This document shows positions 1-9,607 of a stretch of DNA of 27,972 nucleotides, one piece after another. The DNA is taken from positions 1 to 27,972 of the forward strand of contig JAZDPV010000005.1 in NCBI GenBank assembly GCA_043797265.1, given 5' to 3'. The translations under genes and the position numbers were made by a program. The stretch is from an archaeon (lineage in GTDB: Archaea > Nanobdellota > Nanobdellia > Pacearchaeales > GW2011-AR1). Numbering within the stretch: position 1 is the stretch's first letter; each line of letters opens with the position of its first letter. Below the pieces are notes generated by a model that was not told the DNA's origin, did not search any database, and saw nothing but the letters and a program-made list of their open reading frames with translations.

Positions 1-77
1 TTGATGAATCCTCCGTTGGTTATTTTGTCGAGGTTTTTTATTCCTGTCGGAATTTTTTGTTGTGTTTCTTTTTTCAT
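1..77 (-). CDS. 5' end of a KaiC/RadB-like RecA-superfamily ATPase (runs off the window edge)
   Basis: Manual translation from ATG at 77-75 gives MKKETQQKIPTGIKNLDKITNGGFI, matching the 'TGIxxLDxxxxGG' N-terminal motif of KaiC/RecA-like ATPases. A TATA-like element lies near 95-105. Confidence 0.7.
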   Translation of the reverse strand, partial: MKKETQQKIPTGIKNLDKITNGGFI

Positions 78-112
78 AATCGTATATAGAATGAGAGTAT
101 AAAAGTATTTCC

Positions 113-2665
113 TTAGTTCCAGATTCTGATTTGGACTTCGGTGGACCAGGTGAACGGGATTCCTTCTATTTCATTTGGGGTTATTTGCAGGCTGTTTTCT
201 GAGAGTTTTGTTTCGATTTTGTTATTTTGGTTTAGGTCCAAGATTCTTAGTAATTTGTAAACTGCTTGTTGGAGCGCGTCGTTGGCGTCGTAGTTTTGTG
301 TCGTGGACGTGTAGTGGCACTGGATTCCGCCGGTGTAATTTGACGGGATGTTTATCGTCGTGTTTGTTCCGTCTTCGAATTCGAGGTTCCATGTGCATCC
401 TGAAATGTATGAGCAGATGGAGGAGTAGGAGGAGGAATTTTTTTGTATCTGGTAAATTATTTTGTTGTATTCGGAGCCGGGCTCGGTTGAGTTTTGCGGG
501 GAGAGTCCTGTCAGTGTTGTTATCGTGTTGGTTTGGTTGTCTTTTACGAATGAGATTGGGATGTTGATGGCGTATGGGTCTCCGAGTTCTATGAAGTTTG
601 AGCCGTATTTACTTAGATTGTAGATGCTGTTCCCGTTTATGTCGACGGTGGTTGTCCATTTTGGTCCGGAGTAGGAGATTACTTTTGTGTTCAGGATGCT
701 TGAGCCTTCCGGGATGTCGAAATGTATTTCTGTCGCGTCTTCAAATTGCTGTTCCGATGTTATGATTAGTCCTTGTGTTGATTCTTTTTTGGGGTGTGTG
801 AATTTGATGTAGGAGTCCGGGAAGAGCTTGGAGGTTATATTTCCTTGTGTTATTGCGGATTGTTCAACGTAAGTTATGTTTATTATATTCCCTGCGATGT
901 CGAGGATTATGTTTTCGATTTCAGATGCGTCGCTGTATTCGTAGTAGCTTCCTCCCGTCAAGTTTGTCATGTTGTCCGCCATTATTCTGTTTGCGCATAA
1001 TCCGTTGTTCCGGTCTATGTAATAGAATTTTATGTCCTCGTTGATTAAACTTTGAGTTACGGCTGCTGCGGATTTTGGTCCGAGGTTGCAGTTCTCGTCG
1101 GTGTCTGTTATCGCGCATCCTGACCACCATGAGCACCAGGTTGAACAACAACTTGCCGTTGCCTGCAAACAATCTGTCGCGTGGGGTGGCGCGTCGGTCA
1201 GCAGGATGTCGAATTTTCTGACATTTGGTCTCCAGTCGAGAGTCAGGGATTCGTTTATTGCTCTCAGGTGAGATTCGGGGAGGTCGTTTCCCCAGCCCAT
1301 ATTGTTTCTTACATAGATTACTTTATTTCTGAACTCTGTTGTGTTTGTCGTGAATTGTTCTCCTCCGAATGTGTGGATTTGGTATGGAATATCTGATGCT
1401 CCTCCGCATGGAGATGTCGGGTAGTCCTCGAATTGTATTAATCCCAATCTGTAACTGATGGAGCTGTTTTCCAGGACGTAGGTGAATTGGTTGATTATAT
1501 TTACTACAGAATCTATTTCGTCGCCCATACTTCCGGTGGTGTCGACGAGGAACACGATGTCTGCGTCGCCTCCTTGTGCGCTTGCATACCCCTCCATTTC
1601 TTCCAGTCCTATTCTGAATGGGATGTTTTCTTCTTGTAATCCGTTGTAGTTTAGCAGCGTGTTTATTTCTGCGTCGGTTATTGTTCTTGTTGTTTCTATT
1701 GTCGAGCTTTCGTTTAGTATTGTCGTGTTTCCTATATTTAGAAAGAAAGTTTGGTTCGAGAAGTAGTGAAGGTATATTTCTATTTCGGACAGGTTTGAGG
1801 GGATGAAGAATCCGTCGTAGATGTTTATTATTCCTTCGATTCCGGGGATGTATATTTTTGTTTCGTTTTCATTTTCTTGCGTGAATCCGTCGTAGTTTAT
1901 TTTGATGTATCCTCCGGCGATGTGCAGATTGTCACCCGTGAATTCTATAATGTTCGAACCGGATTGGAAATTACTTAGGTATGAGTTTAGGTTGTATTCT
2001 ACGGGTATGATGTCTGATGTCGAGTTTTCGTAGTGTCCGGAATATATTTCGTTGATGTAGATGTCGAAGTCTTTGTCCGTTGCAATTTCGATTTTTACGT
2101 CCGTTGCGTTTCCTGTGAATTCTATTTTGCTTGAGATGTTTCCGTCGCCGATGTATCCTCCGAAGTAGAAATATTTTGTTTGCTTGTCTGATGACAGGTA
2201 CGCTCTTGCTGCGAATCCGGTCGTGTCATTTCCTGTTTGCAGCCCGCTGATTGTCTGCCGTTCGACCTCGATGTTTTTTGCTGTTTCGATTGGCGTTGAA
2301 TTTTTTGAGGCGATTAGTTCGTTGGCGTACCAGATTCCTATGTTTTTTTCTGTTCTGATGTAGGAGAGAATTTCGTTGGCGGTTTCTCTCGCGAGGGTTT
2401 TGTCTGTCACGTAGAATTCGCCGATTTGTTCAAGGAGTGATTTGTTCGCGTTTTTTATTTTTCCGTCGGTAATCATTGTTTGGATTTGTGCGTTATCGAT
2501 TTCGCCTACTTTTAGATTTGAGAGGACGTGCATTGTGTCGGAATGTATTTTTGTTTTTGTCTGGGATTCTTTTATTATAGGGATTGCGATGATTAGAATC
2601 ATTAGGATGATTATCAGGGCGATGAGCGCGTCGATGCTGAAGAAGACGGCCTTTTTGGATTTCAT
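113..2665 (-). CDS. Large pilin-like surface protein/adhesin with class III signal peptide and vWA domain
   Basis: 850 aa. N-terminus KKA|VFFSIDAL followed by a hydrophobic helix. vWA/MIDAS-like motifs DIVFLVDTTGSM, PESHL and LLTDAPPH. Last gene of the pilin operon (4-nt overlap with the upstream gene). Confidence 0.8.
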   Translation of the reverse strand: MKSKKAVFFSIDALIALIIILMILIIAIPIIKESQTKTKIHSDTMHVLSNLKVGEIDNAQIQTMITDGKIKNANKSLLEQIGEFYVTDKTLARETANEILSYIRTEKNIGIWYANELIASKNSTPIETAKNIEVERQTISGLQTGNDTTGFAARAYLSSDKQTKYFYFGGYIGDGNISSKIEFTGNATDVKIEIATDKDFDIYINEIYSGHYENSTSDIIPVEYNLNSYLSNFQSGSNIIEFTGDNLHIAGGYIKINYDGFTQENENETKIYIPGIEGIINIYDGFFIPSNLSEIEIYLHYFSNQTFFLNIGNTTILNESSTIETTRTITDAEINTLLNYNGLQEENIPFRIGLEEMEGYASAQGGDADIVFLVDTTGSMGDEIDSVVNIINQFTYVLENSSISYRLGLIQFEDYPTSPCGGASDIPYQIHTFGGEQFTTNTTEFRNKVIYVRNNMGWGNDLPESHLRAINESLTLDWRPNVRKFDILLTDAPPHATDCLQATASCCSTWCSWWSGCAITDTDENCNLGPKSAAAVTQSLINEDIKFYYIDRNNGLCANRIMADNMTNLTGGSYYEYSDASEIENIILDIAGNIINITYVEQSAITQGNITSKLFPDSYIKFTHPKKESTQGLIITSEQQFEDATEIHFDIPEGSSILNTKVISYSGPKWTTTVDINGNSIYNLSKYGSNFIELGDPYAINIPISFVKDNQTNTITTLTGLSPQNSTEPGSEYNKIIYQIQKNSSSYSSICSYISGCTWNLEFEDGTNTTINIPSNYTGGIQCHYTSTTQNYDANDALQQAVYKLLRILDLNQNNKIETKLSENSLQITPNEIEGIPFTWSTEVQIRIWN

Positions 2666-3150
2666 TTGAAGATGTAGACGTAGGCCGTCGTCGGTTTATT
2701 TTGGTAAATTGTGAATCTTGTTATTTTCATAAGGTTTGATGCTGCGATGTTTGTCGAGTTGGTTCCGGGTTTTCCTATGCCTTCCAATGTCGAGTTGAGC
2801 GGGTCTTCCATGAAAAAATAGTAGTCGTATTTTGTTCCGAATGTTTGTTTTGTTTTTTCGTAATTGTTTTGCGCGAGTTCGTGGAAGTTCTCGAGTTTTG
2901 TCTGGTTTATTTTTCCGTCGGTGGTGATTCCGATTTCTATGACGTTTGATTCGTCCCATAAGGTTGGGTAGCCGGGCGAGAGGATGGAGTCGGCTATGAA
3001 GTTTCCTTCGTAGGTCATGGTTTCTAAAATATCTTCTGTTTCGTTTGAGTAGTTGAATGAGTAGAAGTAGAAGAAGATTATTGCGAATGAGAAGATGACG
3101 AATGCTATTGTTAGGTCGGTGCCCCACGCTTGTGCTTTTTTTGGTTTCAT
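2662..3150 (-). CDS. Pilin-like protein, class III signal peptide
   Basis: MKPKKA|QAWGTDLTIAFVIF plus a hydrophobic segment; overlaps both neighbours. Confidence 0.8.
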   Translation of the reverse strand: MKPKKAQAWGTDLTIAFVIFSFAIIFFYFYSFNYSNETEDILETMTYEGNFIADSILSPGYPTLWDESNVIEIGITTDGKINQTKLENFHELAQNNYEKTKQTFGTKYDYYFFMEDPLNSTLEGIGKPGTNSTNIAASNLMKITRFTIYQNKPTTAYVYIFK

Positions 3151-3542
3151 TAATTTAGGTAAACTATTCCGTTTTGTTTTGTGATTGTGTTCGTTCCTTT
3201 TGATATATTGCCTGTGATGTTTTTGATGTTGACTGCTATCGCGTGTTTTTGGTCGGTTGTTTTTGCGTAGACAATTCCTTCGAAGATTGAGATGTCGTAG
3301 TCGTCGTTGATTATTTTGTCCGGTATTTTGAATTCTCGTTTGTAGCCGTCGGTAGATTCTGTTGCCAAGTCGATTTCTTCCTGGACGGTTTTGACGATGT
3401 CTTTGATGATGATTGTTTTTTTCTCTTTGGATTTTTCCTGTATTTGACTTTGGATTATTCCTGTGAATATTATGAAGAAGAAAATCAGGAACCCCATTAT
3501 TATTATGAGTTCGACGGCGGCTTGGGCTTTTTTGTTTGGCAT
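3150..3542 (-). CDS. Pilin-like protein, class III signal peptide
   Basis: KKA|QAAVELIIIMG with E at +5, followed by a hydrophobic helix. Confidence 0.85.
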   Translation of the reverse strand: MPNKKAQAAVELIIIMGFLIFFFIIFTGIIQSQIQEKSKEKKTIIIKDIVKTVQEEIDLATESTDGYKREFKIPDKIINDDYDISIFEGIVYAKTTDQKHAIAVNIKNITGNISKGTNTITKQNGIVYLN

Positions 3543-3543
3543 T

Positions 3544-3957
3544 TTATGAGTTTATTGTTACGGTGCTGGAGGTTGCTTCGATTATTATGTTTCTTAGTCC
3601 GGAGACCGTCGAAAGAGTTCCTGTGATTGGGACGTTGCTTGGGAATGAAACTTTGTTCGTGCCGGAGGAGCATTGGAATGTTACGAAGAGGGTGTCGTCT
3701 GCGATGTTTATTTCCGAGATTCCTTCCGGGACGTAGCTTACGATTGTGATTTTTGATGGTTCGCCTGCGTAGAAAACGGATTCTGCGGAGGAGATGATTT
3801 TGTCGGACATACTTTCTATTTGTCTTGATAAAATCATGTCTCTGATTGTGTTGTTGTGGTACATTGCGATGCCGAGCGTGGTGATTAGAATGAAGGTTAG
3901 AAATCCTATAATCATAAGATATTCCATGCCGATTTGCGCATTTTTTTTGTGTATCAT
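3544..3957 (-). CDS. Pilin-like protein, class III signal peptide
   Basis: KNA|QIGMEYLMIIG, the typical archaeal 'AQxxxEY' prepilin motif. Confidence 0.85.
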   Translation of the reverse strand: MIHKKNAQIGMEYLMIIGFLTFILITTLGIAMYHNNTIRDMILSRQIESMSDKIISSAESVFYAGEPSKITIVSYVPEGISEINIADDTLFVTFQCSSGTNKVSFPSNVPITGTLSTVSGLRNIIIEATSSTVTINS

Positions 3958-3964
3958 ACCTCTA

Positions 3965-4018
3965 AGGAAGATTTATAAAATCTTATGGTATAATTTATTA
4001 AAGGACGTATTTAAAGAT
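3965..4018. promoter_or_regulatory. Divergent archaeal promoter region between the pilin operon and the assembly operon
   Basis: 65-nt AT-rich gap with TTTATAAA and TTTATTAAA boxes between divergent start codons. Confidence 0.5.
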
Positions 4019-4022
4019 TATT

Positions 4023-4526
4023 ATGAGAATTATGAAAAGAGGTTCGGGAACTTTTGTAAGGGTTTTGTTCGTGTTTTTTTTATTTGTTTTGGTGAATGCG
4101 GGGTTTATTTTTTATTCTAATTATGACAGGATTTCTTTTGAGGGCGGGCTGACTGGATTTTCGGTGAGGGAGGTTGTTGTGGATACTTTTGAGGGGCTGG
4201 GAGTTACCCAGAAGATAGTTTTGTTTGCGCAGATGTTTATTTTTGCGACGATTGTGATTTTTATTCTTGTGAAGGGGATTGGAGAGATGGGGATTGAGAG
4301 AGAGATTGGCGCTCAGGATGTTGGTGCTGGCCACAAAAAGTATGAGACGGATTTAGATGTCTTGAATAATCTTTTGAAGAGGAAAAAGAAAATTCATTTG
4401 TCGTCGATTGCGAGCACGTTTAAGGTAAGCAGAGAGACGGCCATGGAATGGTGCAGGGCGCTTGAGGCTTCGCATTTGGGGTCGATTGAATATCCTGCGT
4501 TTGGAGAACCTTATATTAGAATTTGA
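4023..4526 (+). CDS. Membrane protein (2 TM) with probable C-terminal winged-helix domain
   Basis: Two hydrophobic segments; C-terminal LSSIASTFKVSRETAMEWCRALE resembles an HTH; overlaps the ATPase gene. Confidence 0.65.
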   Translation: MRIMKRGSGTFVRVLFVFFLFVLVNAGFIFYSNYDRISFEGGLTGFSVREVVVDTFEGLGVTQKIVLFAQMFIFATIVIFILVKGIGEMGIEREIGAQDVGAGHKKYETDLDVLNNLLKRKKKIHLSSIASTFKVSRETAMEWCRALEASHLGSIEYPAFGEPYIRI

Positions 4527-6229
4527 TGGCTAAAAAAAGAGTGAGGAAAAAGAAGGCGGTTCGTAGAGATAATCATAGGAGGAAATTTCGCGGGAAGATG
4601 AAAAAATTAGGGACGTCTTCTTCCGTAGATTTTAACAAGAATATTATTAGGGGTGTTAAGGGCGCGAATGTTGCGAAGAGATTTTTTGGTTCCTTGGAGG
4701 GTTCCCAGAAAATGGGTGTTGAGATTGAGGAGGTCAAGGGGAAAGTTCTTGAGGAATATGAGATTGAGGTTGATGGCGCGAAGGTTGGCGTGAGGATTGT
4801 GAATGGGAATTTTGGGGTTGTGTATAATTTGATTATTCCAAAGGTGAGTGCCGTTACTGAAGCCCTGCTAGTGGATTTGAGGAATGAGTTGGTTTCGGCG
4901 ACGACGGTTAGCATGAAGGAAATTTTGGATCCTTCTGCTTTCGAGGGGATTAAGAAAAAGTTTATTGTTGATGCGGAGAGGATTTTGAAGGAGAAGTTGC
5001 CGAATACGACGGAGGAGACGAAGAATTTTTTGATTGGCAAGTTGATTCAGGAAATGCTTGGGCTGGGGGAGATTGAGTTTATGGTGAACGATCCGAATTT
5101 GGAGGAAATTGTTATTTTGTCGTCGAAGGAGACGATTCGTGTTTATCACAAGAAATACAAGTGGATTAGGTCTAATATTATTTTGGAGCGTGAGGACAGG
5201 ATTGTGAATTATTCGAAGAGCATTGCGAGAAGGGTCGGGCGGGAGATTACTGTTTTGAGTCCGTTGCTGGATGCGCATCTTGTCAGCGGGGACAGGGTTA
5301 ATTCTGTCTTGTATCCGATTAGCACGAATGGGAATACGATAACGATTAGGAAGTTTGCGAGGGACCCGTATACGATTGTAGATTTGATTTCTAATAAAAC
5401 TTGCAGTATTGATGTGGCTTGTCTTTTGTGGCTGGCGATTGAGTATGAGATGAACGTTTTGATTTCCGGCGGGACGGCGTCGGGGAAAACGGTTTTGCTG
5501 AATGTGTGCATGCCGTTTATTCCGCCGAATCACAGGATTGTTTCGGTCGAGGATACGAGAGAGTTGATGCTTCCTGATTTTTTGTATTGGACGCCGTTGG
5601 TTACGCGTTCGGCGAATCCCGAGGGGAAGGGCGAAGTTTCGATGCTGGATTTGCTGGTTAATTCGTTGAGGATGAGGCCGGACAGGATTGTCATGGGGGA
5701 GATGCGTCGGAAAGAGGAGGCGATGGTTTTGTTTGAGGCGATGCATACTGGGCATAGTGTTTACGCGACTTTGCACGCGGATTCTGCGGCGGAGACTATT
5801 TCGAGGTTGACGAATCCTCCGTTGAGTGTTCCTTCGAATCTTTTGAGTGCGGTTAATTTGAATGTCGTGATGTTCAGAGACAGGCGGAAAGGGATTAGAC
5901 GGATTTTGCAAGTTGCGGAGTTTGAAGCGGGGGAAGATAGGGCGACGGCGAATATTCTTTACAGGTGGATTCCCGAGGGGGACAAGATGATTCAGCATAA
6001 TGAGAGTTCGAGATTTTTTGAGCAGATAATCAGGATGACGGGGATGACGAGCGTTGAAATTCGGGCGAATCTTGCGGAGAAGATGAAAGTTCTTTCGTGG
6101 CTTGTGGATAATAAGATTAGAGATTTGAAAAGTATCGGGAAGGTGATGAATGTTTATTATTCCAACAAGGAACTTCTTATGGGGGCTATTAAGAAAAATG
6201 ATAGGAAGTTTTTGAGCGATGAGATTTAA
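4523..6229 (+). CDS. Type IV pilus/Tad assembly ATPase (CpaF/TadA/FlaI family)
   Basis: Walker A GGTASGKT, Asp box VEDTREL, Walker B LRMRPDRIVMGEMR, His box MHTGH...TLHA. Confidence 0.95.
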   Translation: MMAKKRVRKKKAVRRDNHRRKFRGKMKKLGTSSSVDFNKNIIRGVKGANVAKRFFGSLEGSQKMGVEIEEVKGKVLEEYEIEVDGAKVGVRIVNGNFGVVYNLIIPKVSAVTEALLVDLRNELVSATTVSMKEILDPSAFEGIKKKFIVDAERILKEKLPNTTEETKNFLIGKLIQEMLGLGEIEFMVNDPNLEEIVILSSKETIRVYHKKYKWIRSNIILEREDRIVNYSKSIARRVGREITVLSPLLDAHLVSGDRVNSVLYPISTNGNTITIRKFARDPYTIVDLISNKTCSIDVACLLWLAIEYEMNVLISGGTASGKTVLLNVCMPFIPPNHRIVSVEDTRELMLPDFLYWTPLVTRSANPEGKGEVSMLDLLVNSLRMRPDRIVMGEMRRKEEAMVLFEAMHTGHSVYATLHADSAAETISRLTNPPLSVPSNLLSAVNLNVVMFRDRRKGIRRILQVAEFEAGEDRATANILYRWIPEGDKMIQHNESSRFFEQIIRMTGMTSVEIRANLAEKMKVLSWLVDNKIRDLKSIGKVMNVYYSNKELLMGAIKKNDRKFLSDEI

Positions 6230-7100
6230 AATTCCTTTCGAGGGTTCTAATATTGACAGGTTGAAAAAAGTTTCCAAACCTTATTGCAAGAAAATTAGAC
6301 AGAAGCCGAATTCTAAGTTGTCGATGTATTTGAAGAATTCCGGGGCGCCGATTAAGAGAGAGGAATATCTTGGGATTTGTCGACGGAGTTTTTTGAATTC
6401 GTTTTTTGTTTTGTTGTTTGCATCTTTTGTTTTGTTGTTTATTTTCAGGAGGGAAAAACTTTATTTTCTTGCCATAGGAGTTTCCCTGTTGATTTCGGTG
6501 ATTGCTTACATGAATCAGAGGGCTTACCCGAAGATTTATTTTTTGAAGAGGCAGAGGGATATCGAAAGGAATTTGATTCCGGCGTTGGAGGACGTGTTGA
6601 TTCAGTTGAGTTCGGGGATTCCGTTGTTTAGTATTTTGGTTAATATTTCCGATTCTGATTACGGCGAGTTGAGCGTGGAGTTCAAGAAGGCGGTGCAGAA
6701 AATAAATGCGGGTGAGGCGGAAGTTGATGTCTTGGAGGAACTGGGCGAGAATAATCCGTCGAATTATTTCAGAAGGGTTTTGTGGCAACTCAGCAACGGG
6801 ATGAGGGCGGGGAGCGATATGATGGTTGTCATTCAGGATAATCTTCATTCTTTGAATGAGGAGCAGATGATTCAGATTCAGGAGTATGGGAACAAGCTTA
6901 ATCCGTTGATTATGTTTTACATGTTGATTTCGGTTATTGCGCCGGCGTTGTCGGTTACTTTCATGACGATTTTGTCGTCGATGATAAGCTTGCCGAAAAA
7001 CATGACGGTGATGGCTTTTATGGGGCTTTTTGTTTTTGTGGTTTTGATTCAGATTATGTTTTTGGGGATAATTAAATCTAAGCGGCCGAGTTTGATGTGA
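6219..7100 (+). CDS. TadB/TadC-like (T2SS F domain) membrane platform protein
   Basis: Multi-TM protein with IERNLIPALEDVLIQLSSGIPL...YGELSVEFKKAVQKINAG, the T2SSF pattern; directly follows the ATPase. Confidence 0.9.
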   Translation: MRFKIPFEGSNIDRLKKVSKPYCKKIRQKPNSKLSMYLKNSGAPIKREEYLGICRRSFLNSFFVLLFASFVLLFIFRREKLYFLAIGVSLLISVIAYMNQRAYPKIYFLKRQRDIERNLIPALEDVLIQLSSGIPLFSILVNISDSDYGELSVEFKKAVQKINAGEAEVDVLEELGENNPSNYFRRVLWQLSNGMRAGSDMMVVIQDNLHSLNEEQMIQIQEYGNKLNPLIMFYMLISVIAPALSVTFMTILSSMISLPKNMTVMAFMGLFVFVVLIQIMFLGIIKSKRPSLM

Positions 7101-8080
7101 TGGGGAAGATTAGGAGGGTGAAGGCTGGCAAAAAGTCCAAGATGACGAATAAGGTTGGTGATGTGGGGGGTGAGAGTAGCGCGAAGAAGGAGGCGAGCAG
7201 GAAAAAAGTTTCCAAAATTTTTGGTGTTTTGTTTGCGTTGGTTGTTGGGGTGCTGGTTATTATAATCAAGAGGAATGCTGTCGCGTCTGTTGTTTGTTTT
7301 TTTGTGGCTCTTGTTTTGTTTTTTGTTTTTGTTTTTGTCAAAAATTTTTTGGACAAGTCGACGAGGGTGAGGGAGATGGAGGATGTTTTCCCTGATTTTT
7401 TGCAGTTGGTTGCCGGGAATTTGAGGGCGGGGATAACTATTGATAAATCTATTTTGATTAGTGCGAGGAAGGAATTTGGTTTGCTGGACAAGGAGATAAT
7501 GAGAGTTGGGAAAGATATCGCTACGGGTCGGTCGACGGAGATTGCCTTGTGCGATATGGCTAAGAGAATAGGTTCTGAGAAAATTGAGAAGACTATTATG
7601 TTGATTAATTCTGGGTTGAGGTCGGGGGGGAATCTTGCGATTTTGCTTGAGAGGACTGCGTCGAACATGAGGGAGCGGGGGTTTGTCGAGAAGAGGGCGG
7701 CGTCTAATGTTTTGATGTATGAGATTTTTATTTTTGTGGCTGTCGCGATTGGGGCTCCTGCGTTGTTTGCTCTTTCGACGATTTTGGTCCAGACGATGGG
7801 CGGAATGATGTCTTCTGCCCCGGAGTTGGAGGCGACGATTGCTAATCTTAATGTTCCTATTTCGTTTTCGAAGATAAGTATTTCCCTGAATTTTATTGTT
7901 TATTATTCTATTGCTTTTATTATCGTCATTGGTGTTTTGTCGTCGCTGGTTATAGGATTGGTCAGCAAGGGGAACGAGAGGGACGGGTTGAAATATTTGA
8001 TTCCGATTTTGCTGATAGGACTTTCCATATTTTTGCTGATAAGATATTTTTTGTCGGGGTTTGTTAGTGGTTTGTTTTGA
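7097..8080 (+). CDS. TadC-like (T2SS F domain) membrane platform protein
   Basis: MEDVFPDFLQLVAGNLRAG...EFGLLDKEI...SGGNLAILLE, the T2SSF pattern; multiple TM helices. Confidence 0.9.
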   Translation: MMGKIRRVKAGKKSKMTNKVGDVGGESSAKKEASRKKVSKIFGVLFALVVGVLVIIIKRNAVASVVCFFVALVLFFVFVFVKNFLDKSTRVREMEDVFPDFLQLVAGNLRAGITIDKSILISARKEFGLLDKEIMRVGKDIATGRSTEIALCDMAKRIGSEKIEKTIMLINSGLRSGGNLAILLERTASNMRERGFVEKRAASNVLMYEIFIFVAVAIGAPALFALSTILVQTMGGMMSSAPELEATIANLNVPISFSKISISLNFIVYYSIAFIIVIGVLSSLVIGLVSKGNERDGLKYLIPILLIGLSIFLLIRYFLSGFVSGLF

Positions 8081-8098
8081 CATAAAGATTTTCTTTAT

Positions 8099-8180
8099 GG
8101 AGAAGTTCAGCTTCGCTGGAGGAGTTCACCTTCAGTGGAGAAGTTCAGTCGCTTTGCGACTGGAAAAGTTCAGCTTCGCT
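8099..8180 (+). repeat. Four tandem 19-25 nt mini-hairpin units (GGAGAAGTTCAGCTTCGCT-like)
   Basis: Units at 8099, 8118, 8137 and 8162; each contains a small stem-loop (CAGC-TTC-GCTG, CAC..GTG, CAGTCGC-TTT-GCGACTG). Confidence 0.85.
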
Positions 8181-8222
8181 GGGGGCTTGGCGATGGGTTT
8201 ATAACTTTGATATATTTTTTTT

Positions 8223-8588
8223 ATGTGGAATATTGATAGACTTGAGGTTTACAAGAGGGTTTGTTTATTGATTCCCAAGGTTTATTCTTTGATTAGGATG
8301 TTGCCTAGTGAATAAAAGTTTGAGCTTGGGGGTCAGTTGCGAGGTGCAGTTATTAGTGTTAAGTCGAATATGAAGGAGGGTTCGGGGAAGAGGACGAGTA
8401 ATGCGTTTGTTGTTTTTTTGGAGCATGCGATGGGGAGTTTGAGGGAGGTGAGGGCGCAGGTTGAGATTGGAATTGATTTAGGATTTTTTGATGATGACGG
8501 AAAGGAGGTTGTGAAAGAATGCTGGAGATTGGAGAGAATGTTGGCGGGTTATATTGATTATGTTAAGAAGAAGGATGTTGGTAAGTGA
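8223..8588 (+). pseudogene. Four-helix-bundle protein (23S rRNA IVP/Avd-like family) with an in-frame TAA at 8313-8315
   Basis: ATG 8223 reads MWNIDRLEVYKRVCLLIPKVYSLIRMLPSE*KFELGGQLRGAVISVKSNMKEGSGK..., matching the family pattern LxVy..LPxeEkfxLxxQlrrAxxSvxsNIaEG. The stop replaces the conserved Glu (GAA to TAA). Confidence 0.8.
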
Positions 8589-8629
8589 TGTTTGGGAAGA
8601 TATTTATATCGTCTTTGTTTTTGGTTTTG

Positions 8630-9535
8630 ATGGAAAAGAGGGGGATGTTTTTTACGGTGATGGCGATTTTTATTATAACTTTGTTTTTTATGTCATACAC
8701 GATTTATGATTTGGTGAAGGACAGGAGTTCGGTTAACAAGAGGGTTGAGACGCTGAATAATTTTGTTTTTTCGGTGGAGCAGGATGTTCCGCGTTATTTG
8801 TATATTGCGGGGTTTCGGTCGATTTTTTTGATTCATGAGGAAATTGTTTCGAGCGGGAATTATATTGACAGCGTCGAGAATTCGTTTGATGAGTTGTTTT
8901 ATAATGGAAGCTTGAACGGGGAGGAGGAGGACTTGATGAGTGGCGCGACTTTTGATGACATGGTTGATTCTTTCGGGCAGTTTGCGAACAAGGTTAATGC
9001 GAATATTAGTTTTGGGGCGCCGAGTGTTTTGATTGACCAGCAAGACCCGTGGAATATTCGGATTAGTTTGAATTTGACGATGGAGGTTTGTGACCAAGGG
9101 GGGCTGGTCAGCTGGAATAAGAGTATGACGGTTGACTCGTTTGTGCCGATTGAGGGTTTTGAGGATGCGATGTATTTGGTTGAGACGGGGCAGGTGACAA
9201 ATACGATTAGCCGAAGTCCTTATACGGTTTTTGTCGTCGGTGGTGATGTTAGTAATTTGGAAGAGCATGTTGAGAATTCTTATTATGTTGCGTCGAGTTC
9301 GGCTCCGAGTTTTTTGGACAGATTGGAGGGGAGGAATGCTGCGAATGTTAATGGGATTGAGTCGTTTGTTTATCTGCCGAGCTTGACGGCGCGCGGGATT
9401 TCCACGAGTGATAAATCCTGTGTTGATTATATTTATTTTTCCGACGATAATCCTGCGCATTTTTCGGTGGCGGGGATGCCGTCGTGGTTTGGGATTGATG
9501 ACGAGGACGGGCATTTGGCGAAGTATGGAATTTAG
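8630..9535 (+). CDS. Pilin-like/secreted protein with class III signal peptide
   Basis: Likely start ATG 8630 (MEKRG|MFFTVMAIFII) rather than 8585; TTTATAT box at about 8603. Confidence 0.7.
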   Translation: MEKRGMFFTVMAIFIITLFFMSYTIYDLVKDRSSVNKRVETLNNFVFSVEQDVPRYLYIAGFRSIFLIHEEIVSSGNYIDSVENSFDELFYNGSLNGEEEDLMSGATFDDMVDSFGQFANKVNANISFGAPSVLIDQQDPWNIRISLNLTMEVCDQGGLVSWNKSMTVDSFVPIEGFEDAMYLVETGQVTNTISRSPYTVFVVGGDVSNLEEHVENSYYVASSSAPSFLDRLEGRNAANVNGIESFVYLPSLTARGISTSDKSCVDYIYFSDDNPAHFSVAGMPSWFGIDDEDGHLAKYGI

Positions 9536-9567
9536 TTGGTAGTCGGTAGTAATTAGTTTGTAGTGTT
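9533..9567 (+). repeat. Heptamer tandem repeat TAGTNNN x5
   Basis: tagttgg tagtcgg tagtaat tagtttg tagtgtt, starting at the upstream gene's stop codon. Confidence 0.6.
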
Positions 9568-9607
9568 GACACGGAAAGTTTTTATATTGTTGTGGTTTTT
9601 GGTTTAG

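Noticed and set aside
4523-8080. Archaellum (flaI/flaJ) assignment
   Set aside because: No archaellin or accessory fla genes in the operon; two separate TadB/C genes and AQxxxE pilins fit a pilus better.
8313-8315. Stop-codon reassignment
   Set aside because: TAA terminates many normal genes here; a single GAA to TAA change or a sequencing error is simpler.
8223-8588. Diversity-generating retroelement, given the Avd-like protein
   Set aside because: No reverse transcriptase and no TR/VR pair with adenine-specific differences seen in the window.
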